In this document: piece after piece, positions 16,604-25,481 of the stretch | Position numbering within the stretch: the first letter of the stretch is position 1 | Layout: every line of letters starts with the position of its first letter | NCBI RefSeq assembly: GCF_000013905.1 | Contig: NC_007969.1 | Span: 960,001-992,000, forward strand | DNA: 32,000 nucleotides | Direction of reading: 5' to 3' | DNA from: Psychrobacter cryohalolentis K5 | GTDB lineage: Bacteria > Pseudomonadota > Gammaproteobacteria > Pseudomonadales > Moraxellaceae | Position numbers and translations under genes: made by a program | Notes under the pieces: model-generated | The model's database searches: none | The model's input: the letters and a program-made list of their open reading frames with translations, nothing else | What the model was told of the DNA's origin: nothing

Positions 16604-17872
16604 TTAAAACAAAGCCAACTGTCCACTGCGTTGATCTTTAAATTTCGTCTGCGTTTGCGCCAGCACATATTGACGAAAGTTGTCACAGGTTAAGTGTGCG
16701 AGATGCTCGTTTTTACCAGTAGTTGCAATGAAGTATTTGGCGCGATTGACCGCCGCGCCCATTTTCTTCAAGTGATAAAGTGTGAGCTGATTAAACTTGC
16801 GGGCTTTGACTATTTTTTTAGCCGTTTTTGTACCGATACCGGGAATACGGACAATCATCTCATAACTTGCTGTTTGGATATTGACCGGAAAATGATCACG
16901 GTGGCGGATTGCCCATGCTAACTTTGGGTCGCAGTCCAAATCTAAAAATGGCGAGTCCGGTTCAACGATTTCGTGCGCGCCAAAACCATAAAAACGCATC
17001 AGCCAATCCGCTTGATAGAGACGGTTTTCGCGTATCATTGGCACAGGCGTACCGATAGCTGGCAGGCGACTGTCAGATAGCATTGGCACATAGCCAGAAT
17101 AGTAAACTCGTTTTAAATCATAGTGTTTATAAAAATGACTCGATAGCTGAATCACTTGCAAGTCGGTCTCGTTACTTGCGCCAACAATCATCTGGCTAGT
17201 CTGACCTGCAGGCACAAATTTCGGCGCTTTTTTATGCGTTTTACGGCTCTCACGAATGGTGATGATTTCTTCTTTGACCGTCTCCATCGGTGCTTTTAAT
17301 TGTTCGTGAGATTTTTCTGGTGCCAGTAACGCCAATCCTGATTTAGTCGGAATTTCGATATTGACGCTTAAACGGTCAGCATATAATCCAGCTTCTAATA
17401 ATAATTCTTTTGAAGCTCCGGGAATGGTCTTTAGATGAATATAACCATTAAAACGCTCACGGGTACGCAATATCTTTGCAACCTCGACCAATCGCTCCAT
17501 CGTATAATCGCCACTTTTAAAAATACCTGAGCTGAGAAACAGCCCTTCGATATAGTTACGGCGGTAAAACTGCATAGTTAAATCAACCACTTCTTCAACA
17601 CTAAAAGCAGCGCGCGGGGTGTCATTGCTTTTACGCGAGGTGCAATAAGCGCAATCATATATGCAATGATTGGTCAGCAGGATTTTCAGCAGGCTAACGC
17701 AGCGACCATCTTCGGTATAGCTGTGACAAATACCGGTTGCTGAGGCATCGCCAAGGCCACCGCCTTGGTTTTTCCGCGTACCAGCGGAGGATGAGCAAGA
17801 GACATCATACTTAGCAGCGTCCGCTAAAATATTGAGCTTACCTTGTAGTCGTTCATAATTGATGGTTGCCAT
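16604..17872 (-). CDS. Radical SAM protein, TIGR03916-type putative DNA modification/repair enzyme with a C-terminal helix-hairpin-helix
   Basis: 422-aa ORF. CX3CX2C motif NHCIYDCAYC (Cys70/74/77, nt 17642-17665). Extra N-terminal cysteines at C26, C49 and C58. HhH-like RIPGIGTKTAKKIVKAR near the C-terminus. Confidence 0.85.
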   Translation of the reverse strand: MATINYERLQGKLNILADAAKYDVSCSSSAGTRKNQGGGLGDASATGICHSYTEDGRCVSLLKILLTNHCIYDCAYCTSRKSNDTPRAAFSVEEVVDLTMQFYRRNYIEGLFLSSGIFKSGDYTMERLVEVAKILRTRERFNGYIHLKTIPGASKELLLEAGLYADRLSVNIEIPTKSGLALLAPEKSHEQLKAPMETVKEEIITIRESRKTHKKAPKFVPAGQTSQMIVGASNETDLQVIQLSSHFYKHYDLKRVYYSGYVPMLSDSRLPAIGTPVPMIRENRLYQADWLMRFYGFGAHEIVEPDSPFLDLDCDPKLAWAIRHRDHFPVNIQTASYEMIVRIPGIGTKTAKKIVKARKFNQLTLYHLKKMGAAVNRAKYFIATTGKNEHLAHLTCDNFRQYVLAQTQTKFKDQRSGQLALF

Positions 17873-17957
17873 AAGCGGTATTTACCATGTCAGTAATGAA
17901 AGACTATTTTAGCAAAATTATCGGTAAGTCATTGTATTTATGAGTAAAATATCAATG

Positions 17958-17982
17958 ATAGACGACAACTGTTGTCGTCTAT
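17958..17982. promoter_or_regulatory. Perfect 25-bp palindrome ATAGACGACAAC-T-GTTGTCGTCTAT upstream of the radical SAM operon
   Basis: 12-bp perfect arms read directly. The centre (17970) is 98 bp upstream of the ATG at 17872. Function unknown (operator or hairpin). Confidence 0.5.
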
Positions 17983-18194
17983 TCTGGAGCTGCACTATAC
18001 GATTATAAAAGCGATTAAATTTGAAGTAATATAGTCAGTGAAAAGTAATATCGATACATTGAGTACTGTTAGTATTAATTTTGCTTTCTTTCTTTCTTGC
18101 TTGCTGTGCCTAGGCAGACAGAGACTGCAAAAAATTTATACTAGCAGTACCGTAGCGTTTTTAAGGTATTTTACTATGGTTTATGAATAGCCAC

Positions 18195-18238
18195 AAAAAA
18201 GGCCTTGCCGGCTAGATACCTAGCAAACAAGACCTTTT
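18195..18238 (-). terminator. Rho-independent terminator of the DUF11 secreted-protein gene
   Basis: Minus sense: GGTCTTG-TTT-GCTAG-GTAT-CTAGC-CGG-CAAGGCC followed by TTTTTT. One G-U pair on the minus strand is a C-A mismatch on the plus strand. Confidence 0.7.
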
Positions 18239-18288
18239 ATTAGTTTTAGTATTTCTTAAGTTTTAATACTATAACTTCACTGCCGTAT

Positions 18289-19233
18289 TTATTGAACTTT
18301 AGCGCGTATCACGACAGTCTGTGCAGCTTTAGGACTAAGATTTACCAAGTTCCATTTAAGACCTGAGTAGTTTTCTTTTACCACTACTGTATTGCCAACT
18401 TGTTGGATAGTTTGATAGCTATCGCCACCAGTGGTCGCAAGCGTTGGTAATGGACTGTTTAATGACACCATTCTGACGCCATTTGGCAAAGAAACCATGG
18501 CATTGATATCAGTCACTGGTTGTGCTGTGGTATTGGTATAAACGGTATGATACTCAATCACATCACCAGGCGCGATATGGTTAGCCGGTACTGCAACTTC
18601 ACGTCCATCGCTATTTTTAAGGATTTTCATAACTTTGGTTTGCGCGTTGACCACATCAGGCGTACTAAAGGTTGGTTTGAGCTGTAAGGCTTCTATAGAG
18701 GTAATTGTTGTCACAGGGGTAGTGATCACCGGTGCATTGATTACTGACGTATTTATGACTGGCAGCTGAGTTGCCGTGGTAACAGGCAGTACTTGAGTCG
18801 TCGGTAATACTTGAGTGACAGTACTGGTCGGTACTGCGATGACATCAACACGGCTGCTTTGATTGGTTATTTGGTTGGTCACCGGTACGCTAGTGACAGT
18901 CGCACTACCTTGAGTGACGACAGTACTACTAATACCATTACTGGCTACTTGGCGAACCACGTAGCGCGGTACATTGGTAACCTGTGTCACAGCAAACGGC
19001 ATGCCATCTTGCATACCAATGCTATTAGGCGTAGCGGTAATGACAGCTGTTTTACCATCAGAATACTGCTCGACCACGGTGGTACTAACGCCCGTAGAAG
19101 GTAGAACGGTCACTTCAGTGGCGGCATTGGCAGCAGACATAGCCATAACAGTGCCTGCCAACAGTGCGGATACTGCCGTGAATGTAGCTGTTTTTTGCAT
19201 CACAACGAATGAGCGATTAATAGTGGTGGTCAT
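18289..19233 (-). CDS. Secreted Thr/Val-rich protein with a C-terminal DUF11 (conserved repeat) domain
   Basis: The track ORF reaches 19281. I prefer the ATG at 19233 (AAGGA about 8 nt upstream). Signal peptide MTTTINRSFVVMQKTATFTAVSALLAGTVMAMSAANA/ATE. A low-complexity T/V/Q region (TQVLPTTQVLPVTTATQLPVINTSVINAPVITTPVTT) precedes PGDVIEYHTVYTNTTAQPVTDINAMVSLPNGVRMVS, which fits the DUF11 pattern. Confidence 0.7.
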   Translation of the reverse strand: MTTTINRSFVVMQKTATFTAVSALLAGTVMAMSAANAATEVTVLPSTGVSTTVVEQYSDGKTAVITATPNSIGMQDGMPFAVTQVTNVPRYVVRQVASNGISSTVVTQGSATVTSVPVTNQITNQSSRVDVIAVPTSTVTQVLPTTQVLPVTTATQLPVINTSVINAPVITTPVTTITSIEALQLKPTFSTPDVVNAQTKVMKILKNSDGREVAVPANHIAPGDVIEYHTVYTNTTAQPVTDINAMVSLPNGVRMVSLNSPLPTLATTGGDSYQTIQQVGNTVVVKENYSGLKWNLVNLSPKAAQTVVIRAKVQ

Positions 19234-19300
19234 AATAAAGTCCTTTAAAATGATAATAAGTAACACAAAAATAGAGAACACTTAAATAAGAAAGCCCAGA

Positions 19301-19350
19301 TAAGAAAACCCCCGTTAATTGACGCTGCAGGGGAGGTCAAATAACGGGGG
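19301..19350 (-). terminator. Strong hairpin plus U-tract between greA and the DUF11 gene (greA terminator or leader attenuator)
   Basis: CCCCCGTTAATTGAC(19309-19323)/GTCAAATAACGGGGG(19336-19350): 15 bp with 1 mismatch and a 12-nt loop. In minus sense it is followed by TTTTCTTAT. Confidence 0.55.
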
Positions 19351-19620
19351 CAGCATTACTGATGATAGTAGTAAATAGCCAGACGATAAAAGCTATCTGT
19401 CAAACCGTCCTATCAAACTATTGATTTATCCGTGATTATTTTAATTAGTTGCTAAGCATACACTTAGCAATCTCAACTCAAGAATTATGCGCTAAAACGA
19501 GTTAGGTAGAAAAGCAGCGTTGTGTAACTGCTATCCTATAAATGATGACTTTTTGTGTGGTTTACTTTATCTAATTTTTTAAGAAAGTTACTATTTGATT
19601 TACTACAAAAGACGACTATA

Positions 19621-20097
19621 TTAATCGTAGATGACTTTCATAATTTCGTATTCAACCACACCTTTTGGGGTTTCAATACGCGCTTCATCGCCCTCAGATT
19701 TACCAATCAAACCACGCGCAATCGGTGAGTTAACAGAGATTTTACCGGCTTTGAAATCCGCTTCGTCGTCACCAACGATTTTGTACTGCTTTTCCTCTTC
19801 AGTGTCCATGTTTTCAATAACGACGCTGACGCCGAATATCACACGGCCATCTTTTGGTAACGTCGTAGGATCAATCACTTGCGCACCGCCAAGTTTGGCT
19901 TCGATATCACGGATACGAGCTTCACAAAATCCCTGCTGTTCACGCGCTGCATGATATTCAGCATTTTCTTTCAAATCACCATGTTCGCGTGCTTCAGCAA
20001 TAGAGGCGGTGATGCGAGGACGGTCAATACTTTTTAACTGTTTTAATTCGGCTTCTAAAGCCGCATGTCCTTGCGGAGTCATGGGATAACGTTGCAT
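19621..20097 (-). CDS. greA: Transcription elongation factor GreA
   Basis: 158 aa, canonical GreA sequence ([18 protein letters not shown]...[16 protein letters not shown]). RBS AAGGA upstream. Confidence 0.95.
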   Translation of the reverse strand: MQRYPMTPQGHAALEAELKQLKSIDRPRITASIAEAREHGDLKENAEYHAAREQQGFCEARIRDIEAKLGGAQVIDPTTLPKDGRVIFGVSVVIENMDTEEEKQYKIVGDDEADFKAGKISVNSPIARGLIGKSEGDEARIETPKGVVEYEIMKVIYD

Positions 20098-20124
20098 GTT
20101 TTTTCCTTAAACCAATAACACGGG

Positions 20125-20160
20125 CACCATCTCCTACTCTTAGTGAATAGTGAGATGGTG
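20125..20160 (-). promoter_or_regulatory. Hairpin in the greA 5' leader
   Basis: CACCATCTC(20125-20133)/GAGATGGTG(20152-20160), 9-bp perfect stem. It ends 28 nt upstream of the greA ATG. Confidence 0.35.
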
Positions 20161-20281
20161 TCAGAGTTGTTGCAATGGGTATAAAATAAAAAAAGAATAA
20201 TGATGCAGACAGCGTAACCAGTCAGGTCGCTATCATTCATTGATATCAATTCAATAATCTGGGTGTTTAAGCTTACGTAAT

Positions 20282-20317
20282 AAAAAGCATAGTCGCAGTT
20301 TAGCCACTATGCTTTTT
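20282..20317 (-). terminator. Rho-independent (bidirectional) terminator after carB
   Basis: AAAAAGCATAGT(20282-20293)/ACTATGCTTTTT(20306-20317), 12-bp perfect stem including the A/T tracts. Confidence 0.75.
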
Positions 20318-20448
20318 AGGTCTATCATTTAAATTTCATTTCAAGCATGGTCTACAGTATTAAACGCTACACTATGCTCAAATAAGCTCCTAGGCAAGCC
20401 TAACGGTTATGCTTAATCTACTGAAATTATTCAGCCAAGTCAATAGAG

Positions 20449-23400
20449 CTATACAATAGACTTTGCTTGCTCATGTAAATCTTGTAATTTATACACCTCA
20501 AAAGGTAGGTCAATCGCATAAGATTTACAAACAGCATCTGCTGCGCCCAAAGTCGTGACGTAGAACACTTTGCCTTGTAGCGCGCTACGACGGATAGAGA
20601 AAGAATCCTCTTGTGCCTGCTTGCCTTCAGTCGTGTTAATAATAATATCGATTTTGCCGTTTTTCAAGGCATCAACGATATGTGGGCGACCTTCGGTGAC
20701 TTTGTTAATTTGCTTGCATTCAATACCATTGTCGCTTAGTACTTTTTGCGTACCAGTAGTCGCTACAATGTTAAAGCCAAAGTCAGTCAGTTGACGTGCG
20801 ATAGGGGCAATTTGCGCTTTATCGCTATCACGTACCGAGATAAAGACTGTTTTGGTTTCGCCTTCAGTTGGTAAACCTGGCAGACGCTCGTTACTACCGA
20901 TAACCGCTTTGTAGAATGCTTCGCCAAAGGTTTTACCAACGCCCATCACTTCGCCAGTCGATTTCATCTCAGGGCTCAAGATTGGGTCAACACCAGGGAA
21001 TTTAGCAAACGGGAAAACCGCTTCTTTGACTGCGAAAAATGCAGGAACGATTTCTTTCGTAAAGCCTTGGTCTTTTAGTGACGTGCCAGCCATACAGCGT
21101 GCTGCGATTTGTGCTAAAGAAGTGCCGATACACTTAGAGACAAACGGTACGGTGCGCGCGGCACGTGGATTGACTTCTAAGATGTAAACCGTTTCACCTT
21201 TTACCGCAAACTGGACGTTCATTAAGCCGACAACACCAAGCTCTTTTGCCATGGCGACGGTTTGTGCGCGCATCACATCGCACAGCTCATCAGACAACGA
21301 GTAAGGCGGCAATGAGCATGCTGAGTCACCAGAGTGGACACCCGCTTGTTCGATATGCTGCATGATACCGCCAATCACCACATCTGTACCGTCGCTAACA
21401 CAGTCAACATCGACTTCGATCGCATCGTCTAAGAAACGATCTAACAATACCGGCGCTTCATTTGATGCTTGTACCGCAGTGCGCAGATAATGTCTGAGCT
21501 CATCTTCGTTATAAACGATTTCCATCGCGCGACCACCGAGTACATAGGATGGACGTACAACCAATGGATAGCCAACATCTTTTGCTTTGACCAAACCGTC
21601 TTCTAAGCTAGTCGCCAAGGCATTGGTTGGTTGCACAAGATTCAACTGCTGAATCATATGCTGGAAGCGTTCACGATCTTCAGCGCGGTCAATGGCATCT
21701 GGGCTCGTACCAATAATTTTGACGCCAGCGGCTTCAAGTGCGCGGGCGAGCTTCAATGGTGTTTGACCACCAAACTGTACAATCACGCCATCAGGATTTT
21801 CGATACGGACGATTTCTAACACGTCTTCTAATGTGATTGGCTCAAAGTAGAGACGGTCAGAGGTGTCATAATCGGTAGAAACGGTTTCAGGGTTACAGTT
21901 GACCATGATGGTCTCGTAGCCGTCTTCGCGCATGGCAAGCGCCGCGTGTACGCAGCAATAGTCAAACTCGATACCTTGACCGATACGGTTAGGACCACCG
22001 CCGATAACCATGATTTTCTTATTATCGGTAGGATTGGCTTCACATTCGCTATCGTATGTTGAGTACATATAAGCGGTGCTGGTAGCAAACTCTGCTGCAC
22101 AAGTATCGACACGCTTATAAACTGGATAGACATTTAAGTCCCAACGTTTGGTACGTAGCTGCTTTTGTGAGACGCCAAGCAACTTAGCAAGACGCAAATC
22201 TGATAAGCCTTTACGCTTAAAGCCACGTAAATTATGCTCAGTTAAGCCGCCAAAACCTAACGCTTTAACTTGTGCTTCGGTTTTTACGATATCTTCGATT
22301 TGTACCAAGAACCATGGGTCGATTTTGGTTAGTTTGAAAACGTCATCGACGCTCATGCCAATACGGAAAGCATCCGCAATATAATAAATGCGCTCAGGCG
22401 TTGGAATGGTTAAGCGATTGGTGATTTCGCTACGCGCTTTTTCAATACTTACTTTTGATAAGTCAATTTGCTCATCAAAACCATCATTGCCAGTTTCCAT
22501 GCCGCGTAATGCTTTTTGCATCGACTCTTGGAAGTTACGACCAATCGCCATGACTTCACCAACTGACTTCATTTGCGTTGATAATACATTATCGGCTTGT
22601 GGGAATTTCTCAAAGTTAAAACGAGGAATCTTAGTGACGACATAATCAAGCGCAGGCTCAAAGCTGGCTGGGGTTTTGCCGCCCGTGATGTCATTTTGCA
22701 ATTCATCTAAGGTATAGCCAATTGCTAATTTTGCCGCAATTTTTGCAATCGGGAAGCCCGTGGCTTTTGAGGCCAATGCTGATGAACGTGATACACGTGG
22801 GTTCATCTCGATGACGACCATACGACCCGTTTCAGGGTTGATACCGAATTGCACGTTTGAGCCGCCCGTTTCCACACCAATCTCACGCAGTACTGCTAAT
22901 GAAGCATTACGCATGATTTGATATTCTTTGTCCGTCAAAGTCTGCGCAGGGGCAACCGTGATAGAGTCGCCTGTGTGCACACCCATTGGGTCAAAGTTTT
23001 CAATGGCACAAATGATGATGCAGTTGTCGTTTTTGTCACGAACCACTTCCATCTCATACTCTTTCCAACCGATGAGTGACTCATCGATAAGCAATTGATG
23101 GTTTGGCGACAAGTCAAAGCCGCGCTCGCAAATCTCGATAAACTCATCGCGGTTATAGGCGATACCGCCACCTGAACCGCCCATGGTAAATGAAGGGCGA
23201 ATGATACACGGATAGCCCATTTTTTCTTGGGTCGCAAACGCTTCTTCCATGGTTTCGGCAGTTTCAGCGCGTGGGCACTCAAGGCCGATGCGCTTCATGG
23301 CTTTATCGAACAAGTTGCGGTCTTCTGCCATCTCTATTGAATCTTTGGTTGCCCCAATCAATTCGCAGTTATATTTGGTTAATACGCCGTGCTTGTCTAA

Positions 23401-23703
23401 CTCTAAGGCACAGTTTAGAGCGGTCTGACCACCCATGGTTGGCAAGATAGCGTCAGGGCGTTCTTTGGCAATGATTTGCTCAACCGTCTGCCAAGTAATC
23501 GGCTCGATATAGGTCGCATCCGCCATGGTTGGGTCAGTCATAATAGTCGCAGGGTTTGAGTTGACCAAGATGACGCGGTAGCCTTCTTCTTTTAGCGCTT
23601 TACACGCCTGCGCGCCTGAGTAGTCAAACTCACATGCTTGGCCGATGACGATAGGGCCTGCGCCAATGATAAGAATGCTTTTTATGTCGGTACGTTTTGG
23701 CAT
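20449..23703 (-). CDS. carB: Carbamoyl-phosphate synthase large subunit
   Basis: The track ORF extends to 23787, but the conserved N-terminus [30 protein letters not shown] starts at the ATG at 23703-23701. Full-length CarB with two ATP-grasp halves and a C-terminal MGS-like domain. Confidence 0.97.
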   Translation of the reverse strand: MPKRTDIKSILIIGAGPIVIGQACEFDYSGAQACKALKEEGYRVILVNSNPATIMTDPTMADATYIEPITWQTVEQIIAKERPDAILPTMGGQTALNCALELDKHGVLTKYNCELIGATKDSIEMAEDRNLFDKAMKRIGLECPRAETAETMEEAFATQEKMGYPCIIRPSFTMGGSGGGIAYNRDEFIEICERGFDLSPNHQLLIDESLIGWKEYEMEVVRDKNDNCIIICAIENFDPMGVHTGDSITVAPAQTLTDKEYQIMRNASLAVLREIGVETGGSNVQFGINPETGRMVVIEMNPRVSRSSALASKATGFPIAKIAAKLAIGYTLDELQNDITGGKTPASFEPALDYVVTKIPRFNFEKFPQADNVLSTQMKSVGEVMAIGRNFQESMQKALRGMETGNDGFDEQIDLSKVSIEKARSEITNRLTIPTPERIYYIADAFRIGMSVDDVFKLTKIDPWFLVQIEDIVKTEAQVKALGFGGLTEHNLRGFKRKGLSDLRLAKLLGVSQKQLRTKRWDLNVYPVYKRVDTCAAEFATSTAYMYSTYDSECEANPTDNKKIMVIGGGPNRIGQGIEFDYCCVHAALAMREDGYETIMVNCNPETVSTDYDTSDRLYFEPITLEDVLEIVRIENPDGVIVQFGGQTPLKLARALEAAGVKIIGTSPDAIDRAEDRERFQHMIQQLNLVQPTNALATSLEDGLVKAKDVGYPLVVRPSYVLGGRAMEIVYNEDELRHYLRTAVQASNEAPVLLDRFLDDAIEVDVDCVSDGTDVVIGGIMQHIEQAGVHSGDSACSLPPYSLSDELCDVMRAQTVAMAKELGVVGLMNVQFAVKGETVYILEVNPRAARTVPFVSKCIGTSLAQIAARCMAGTSLKDQGFTKEIVPAFFAVKEAVFPFAKFPGVDPILSPEMKSTGEVMGVGKTFGEAFYKAVIGSNERLPGLPTEGETKTVFISVRDSDKAQIAPIARQLTDFGFNIVATTGTQKVLSDNGIECKQINKVTEGRPHIVDALKNGKIDIIINTTEGKQAQEDSFSIRRSALQGKVFYVTTLGAADAVCKSYAIDLPFEVYKLQDLHEQAKSIV

Positions 23704-23847
23704 AGTTAGGGCTACCTTCGTTTGAGTGATATTTTGAGTAATCTGCATTTTAACGATATGTTCAATAACGCTTATCGTGTCTGGCATGGTGTAGCTTGAA
23801 TCACCATCTGTGCTTCAAGCTTTATACTTATTATTTATGGCTAGGGA

Positions 23848-25080
23848 TTAAGCTTTCGCTGCTGCCATCATATCGGCAAATTTATCGAACAGTGGCGCAG
23901 CATCATGCGGGCCAGGGCTGGCTTCTGGGTGACCTTGGAAACTAAAGACTGGCTTATTGGTCAGCTCAATCCCTTGGTTGGTACCGTCAAATAATGAGCG
24001 ATGGGTCGATTTAACATTGGCAGGCAGCGTGTCTTCATCAACCGCAAAACCATGGTTTTGACTGGTAATCATAACCGTGCCAGTTGCCAAGTCTTGTACC
24101 GGATGGTTGGCACCGTGATGACCAGTTTTCATTTTGATGGTTTTTGCACCGCTGGCAAGACCAATCAGCTGATGACCTAAGCAGATACCAAAGGTTGGAA
24201 TGTCAGTTTGTTCAATGATATGACGTACCGCATCGATAGCGTAATCACAGGCAGCTGGATCGCCAGGGCCATTTGATAAGAAGATACCATCTGGATTCAT
24301 CGCGAGGACATCTGCGATAGGCGTTTGTGCTGGCACGACAGTGACATGACAACCGCGGTCAACGAGCATACGTAGGATATTGGTTTTGCTACCAAAGTCA
24401 TAGGCAACGACGTTATATTTTGCTTCGACGTGCGTACCCAAGTGCTTAAAGAAGCCGCCTGTACCGCTATCATGGCTACCAGCTACATCGCGGTTAAGTA
24501 AAGTGTCTGATAAATCCCAGCTACCAGCGGTCCATTCAAATGTCGTCGGTGTACAGCATTCTTTTGCTAAGTCCATACCTTCGATACCAGCAAATTCTTG
24601 TGCCAATTTAATCGCTTGCTGTTCATCTTCGCTGCTAATCGTTGCGCCGTTAGAAGCCGTCATGATACAGCCGTTTTGCGCGCCTTTATCACGTAGTAGG
24701 CGGGTCAGTTGACGGGTATCAATATCAGCAATAGCGACGGTATTATGGCTCTGTAAATAATCACTCAGTGACTCTGAGTTGCGGAAGTTTGAGGTCACCA
24801 TGGTTGCATCGCGGATGATAAGACCTTCAGCCCACACTTGATGACCATTACCAGACTCAACATCTTCAGCGTTGGTGCCAGTATTGCCGATATGCGGATA
24901 GGTAAGCGTGACCAGTTGGCGCGCGTAACTTGGGTCAGTTAGGATTTCTTGGTACCCTGTCATGGCTGTATTAAATACCACCTCACCGACACGATGACCA
25001 AGACTACCGATACTCAAACCGCGAAAAATCGTACCGTCTGCTAGTGCCAAAATTGCTTGTATTTCTGCCGATGAATTCAA
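23848..25080 (-). CDS. carA: Carbamoyl-phosphate synthase small (glutaminase) subunit
   Basis: 410 aa, collinear with E. coli CarA (GICLGHQL catalytic Cys, [13 protein letters not shown]). The start is TTG (25080-25078) with GGAGG (complement of 25087-25091) 6 nt upstream. Confidence 0.95.
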   Translation of the reverse strand: MNSSAEIQAILALADGTIFRGLSIGSLGHRVGEVVFNTAMTGYQEILTDPSYARQLVTLTYPHIGNTGTNAEDVESGNGHQVWAEGLIIRDATMVTSNFRNSESLSDYLQSHNTVAIADIDTRQLTRLLRDKGAQNGCIMTASNGATISSEDEQQAIKLAQEFAGIEGMDLAKECCTPTTFEWTAGSWDLSDTLLNRDVAGSHDSGTGGFFKHLGTHVEAKYNVVAYDFGSKTNILRMLVDRGCHVTVVPAQTPIADVLAMNPDGIFLSNGPGDPAACDYAIDAVRHIIEQTDIPTFGICLGHQLIGLASGAKTIKMKTGHHGANHPVQDLATGTVMITSQNHGFAVDEDTLPANVKSTHRSLFDGTNQGIELTNKPVFSFQGHPEASPGPHDAAPLFDKFADMMAAAKA

Positions 25081-25481
25081 GGGTTGCCTCCGCTGTTATT
25101 AGTGAGTGCTGTGCTGTTTTTTGGTTAAAATAAAGCGCTGCTTTTTTGATTATTGCTATTTAACTGCGGCTAAATAACCATAATAAAAGAGACAGCGCCA
25201 AAATTTTTCCACAAAAAAGCGAGAAGACATCATAGATGAAAAGGTACAGGATTCACTAGGTGGTGAATAAGTAACTTACATCATGTCCGCTCGCTTTGGC
25301 ACAGATTTTGCGCATTATACTAGAGTTTTGCACTAAGGGCTAGCATCTTAAGCTGATGCTTGACTAATAAATTTAAGATGTTTCTTATTTAACCTTTCAA
25401 TCATGAGCAGCCATAGTAGATGTGGCTATAGGTAGTGACTAGGAGGTGATATAAATAGGTATGAAGACTAGGATTTATTGA

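Noticed and set aside
18064-18083. Possible LexA/SOS box (TACTGT...) upstream of the radical-SAM operon
   Set aside because: Only the CTGT half is present and no ACAG follows 8 nt downstream. No CTGT-N8-ACAG occurs anywhere in 17873-18288.
18084-18103. (CTTT)3(CTTG)2 short tandem repeat as a phase-variation switch
   Set aside because: It has too few repeat units for efficient slipped-strand mispairing and it is not within a coding region or an obvious promoter spacer. I kept it only as a descriptive element in the upstream-region finding.
18811-19285. Antisense ORFs (97 and 103 aa) opposite the DUF11 gene. Similar antisense or shadow ORFs occur inside gcdH, the CoA-transferase, gabD, gabT, the permease, sad, aguA, the GT, DUF4130, the radical SAM gene, greA, carB, carA, PAP2, gamma-CA, HAD, prfB, ppnP, GNAT and TopIB.
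   Set aside because: Each lies entirely inside, and antisense or out of frame to, a gene with strong family-level support. Their low-complexity compositions are typical of shadow ORFs.
23704-23787. 28-codon N-terminal extension of carB in the ORF track ([18 protein letters not shown]...)
   Set aside because: The conserved CarB N-terminus ([30 protein letters not shown]) begins at the ATG at 23703. The extension has no counterpart in CarB proteins and lies in the carA-carB spacer.
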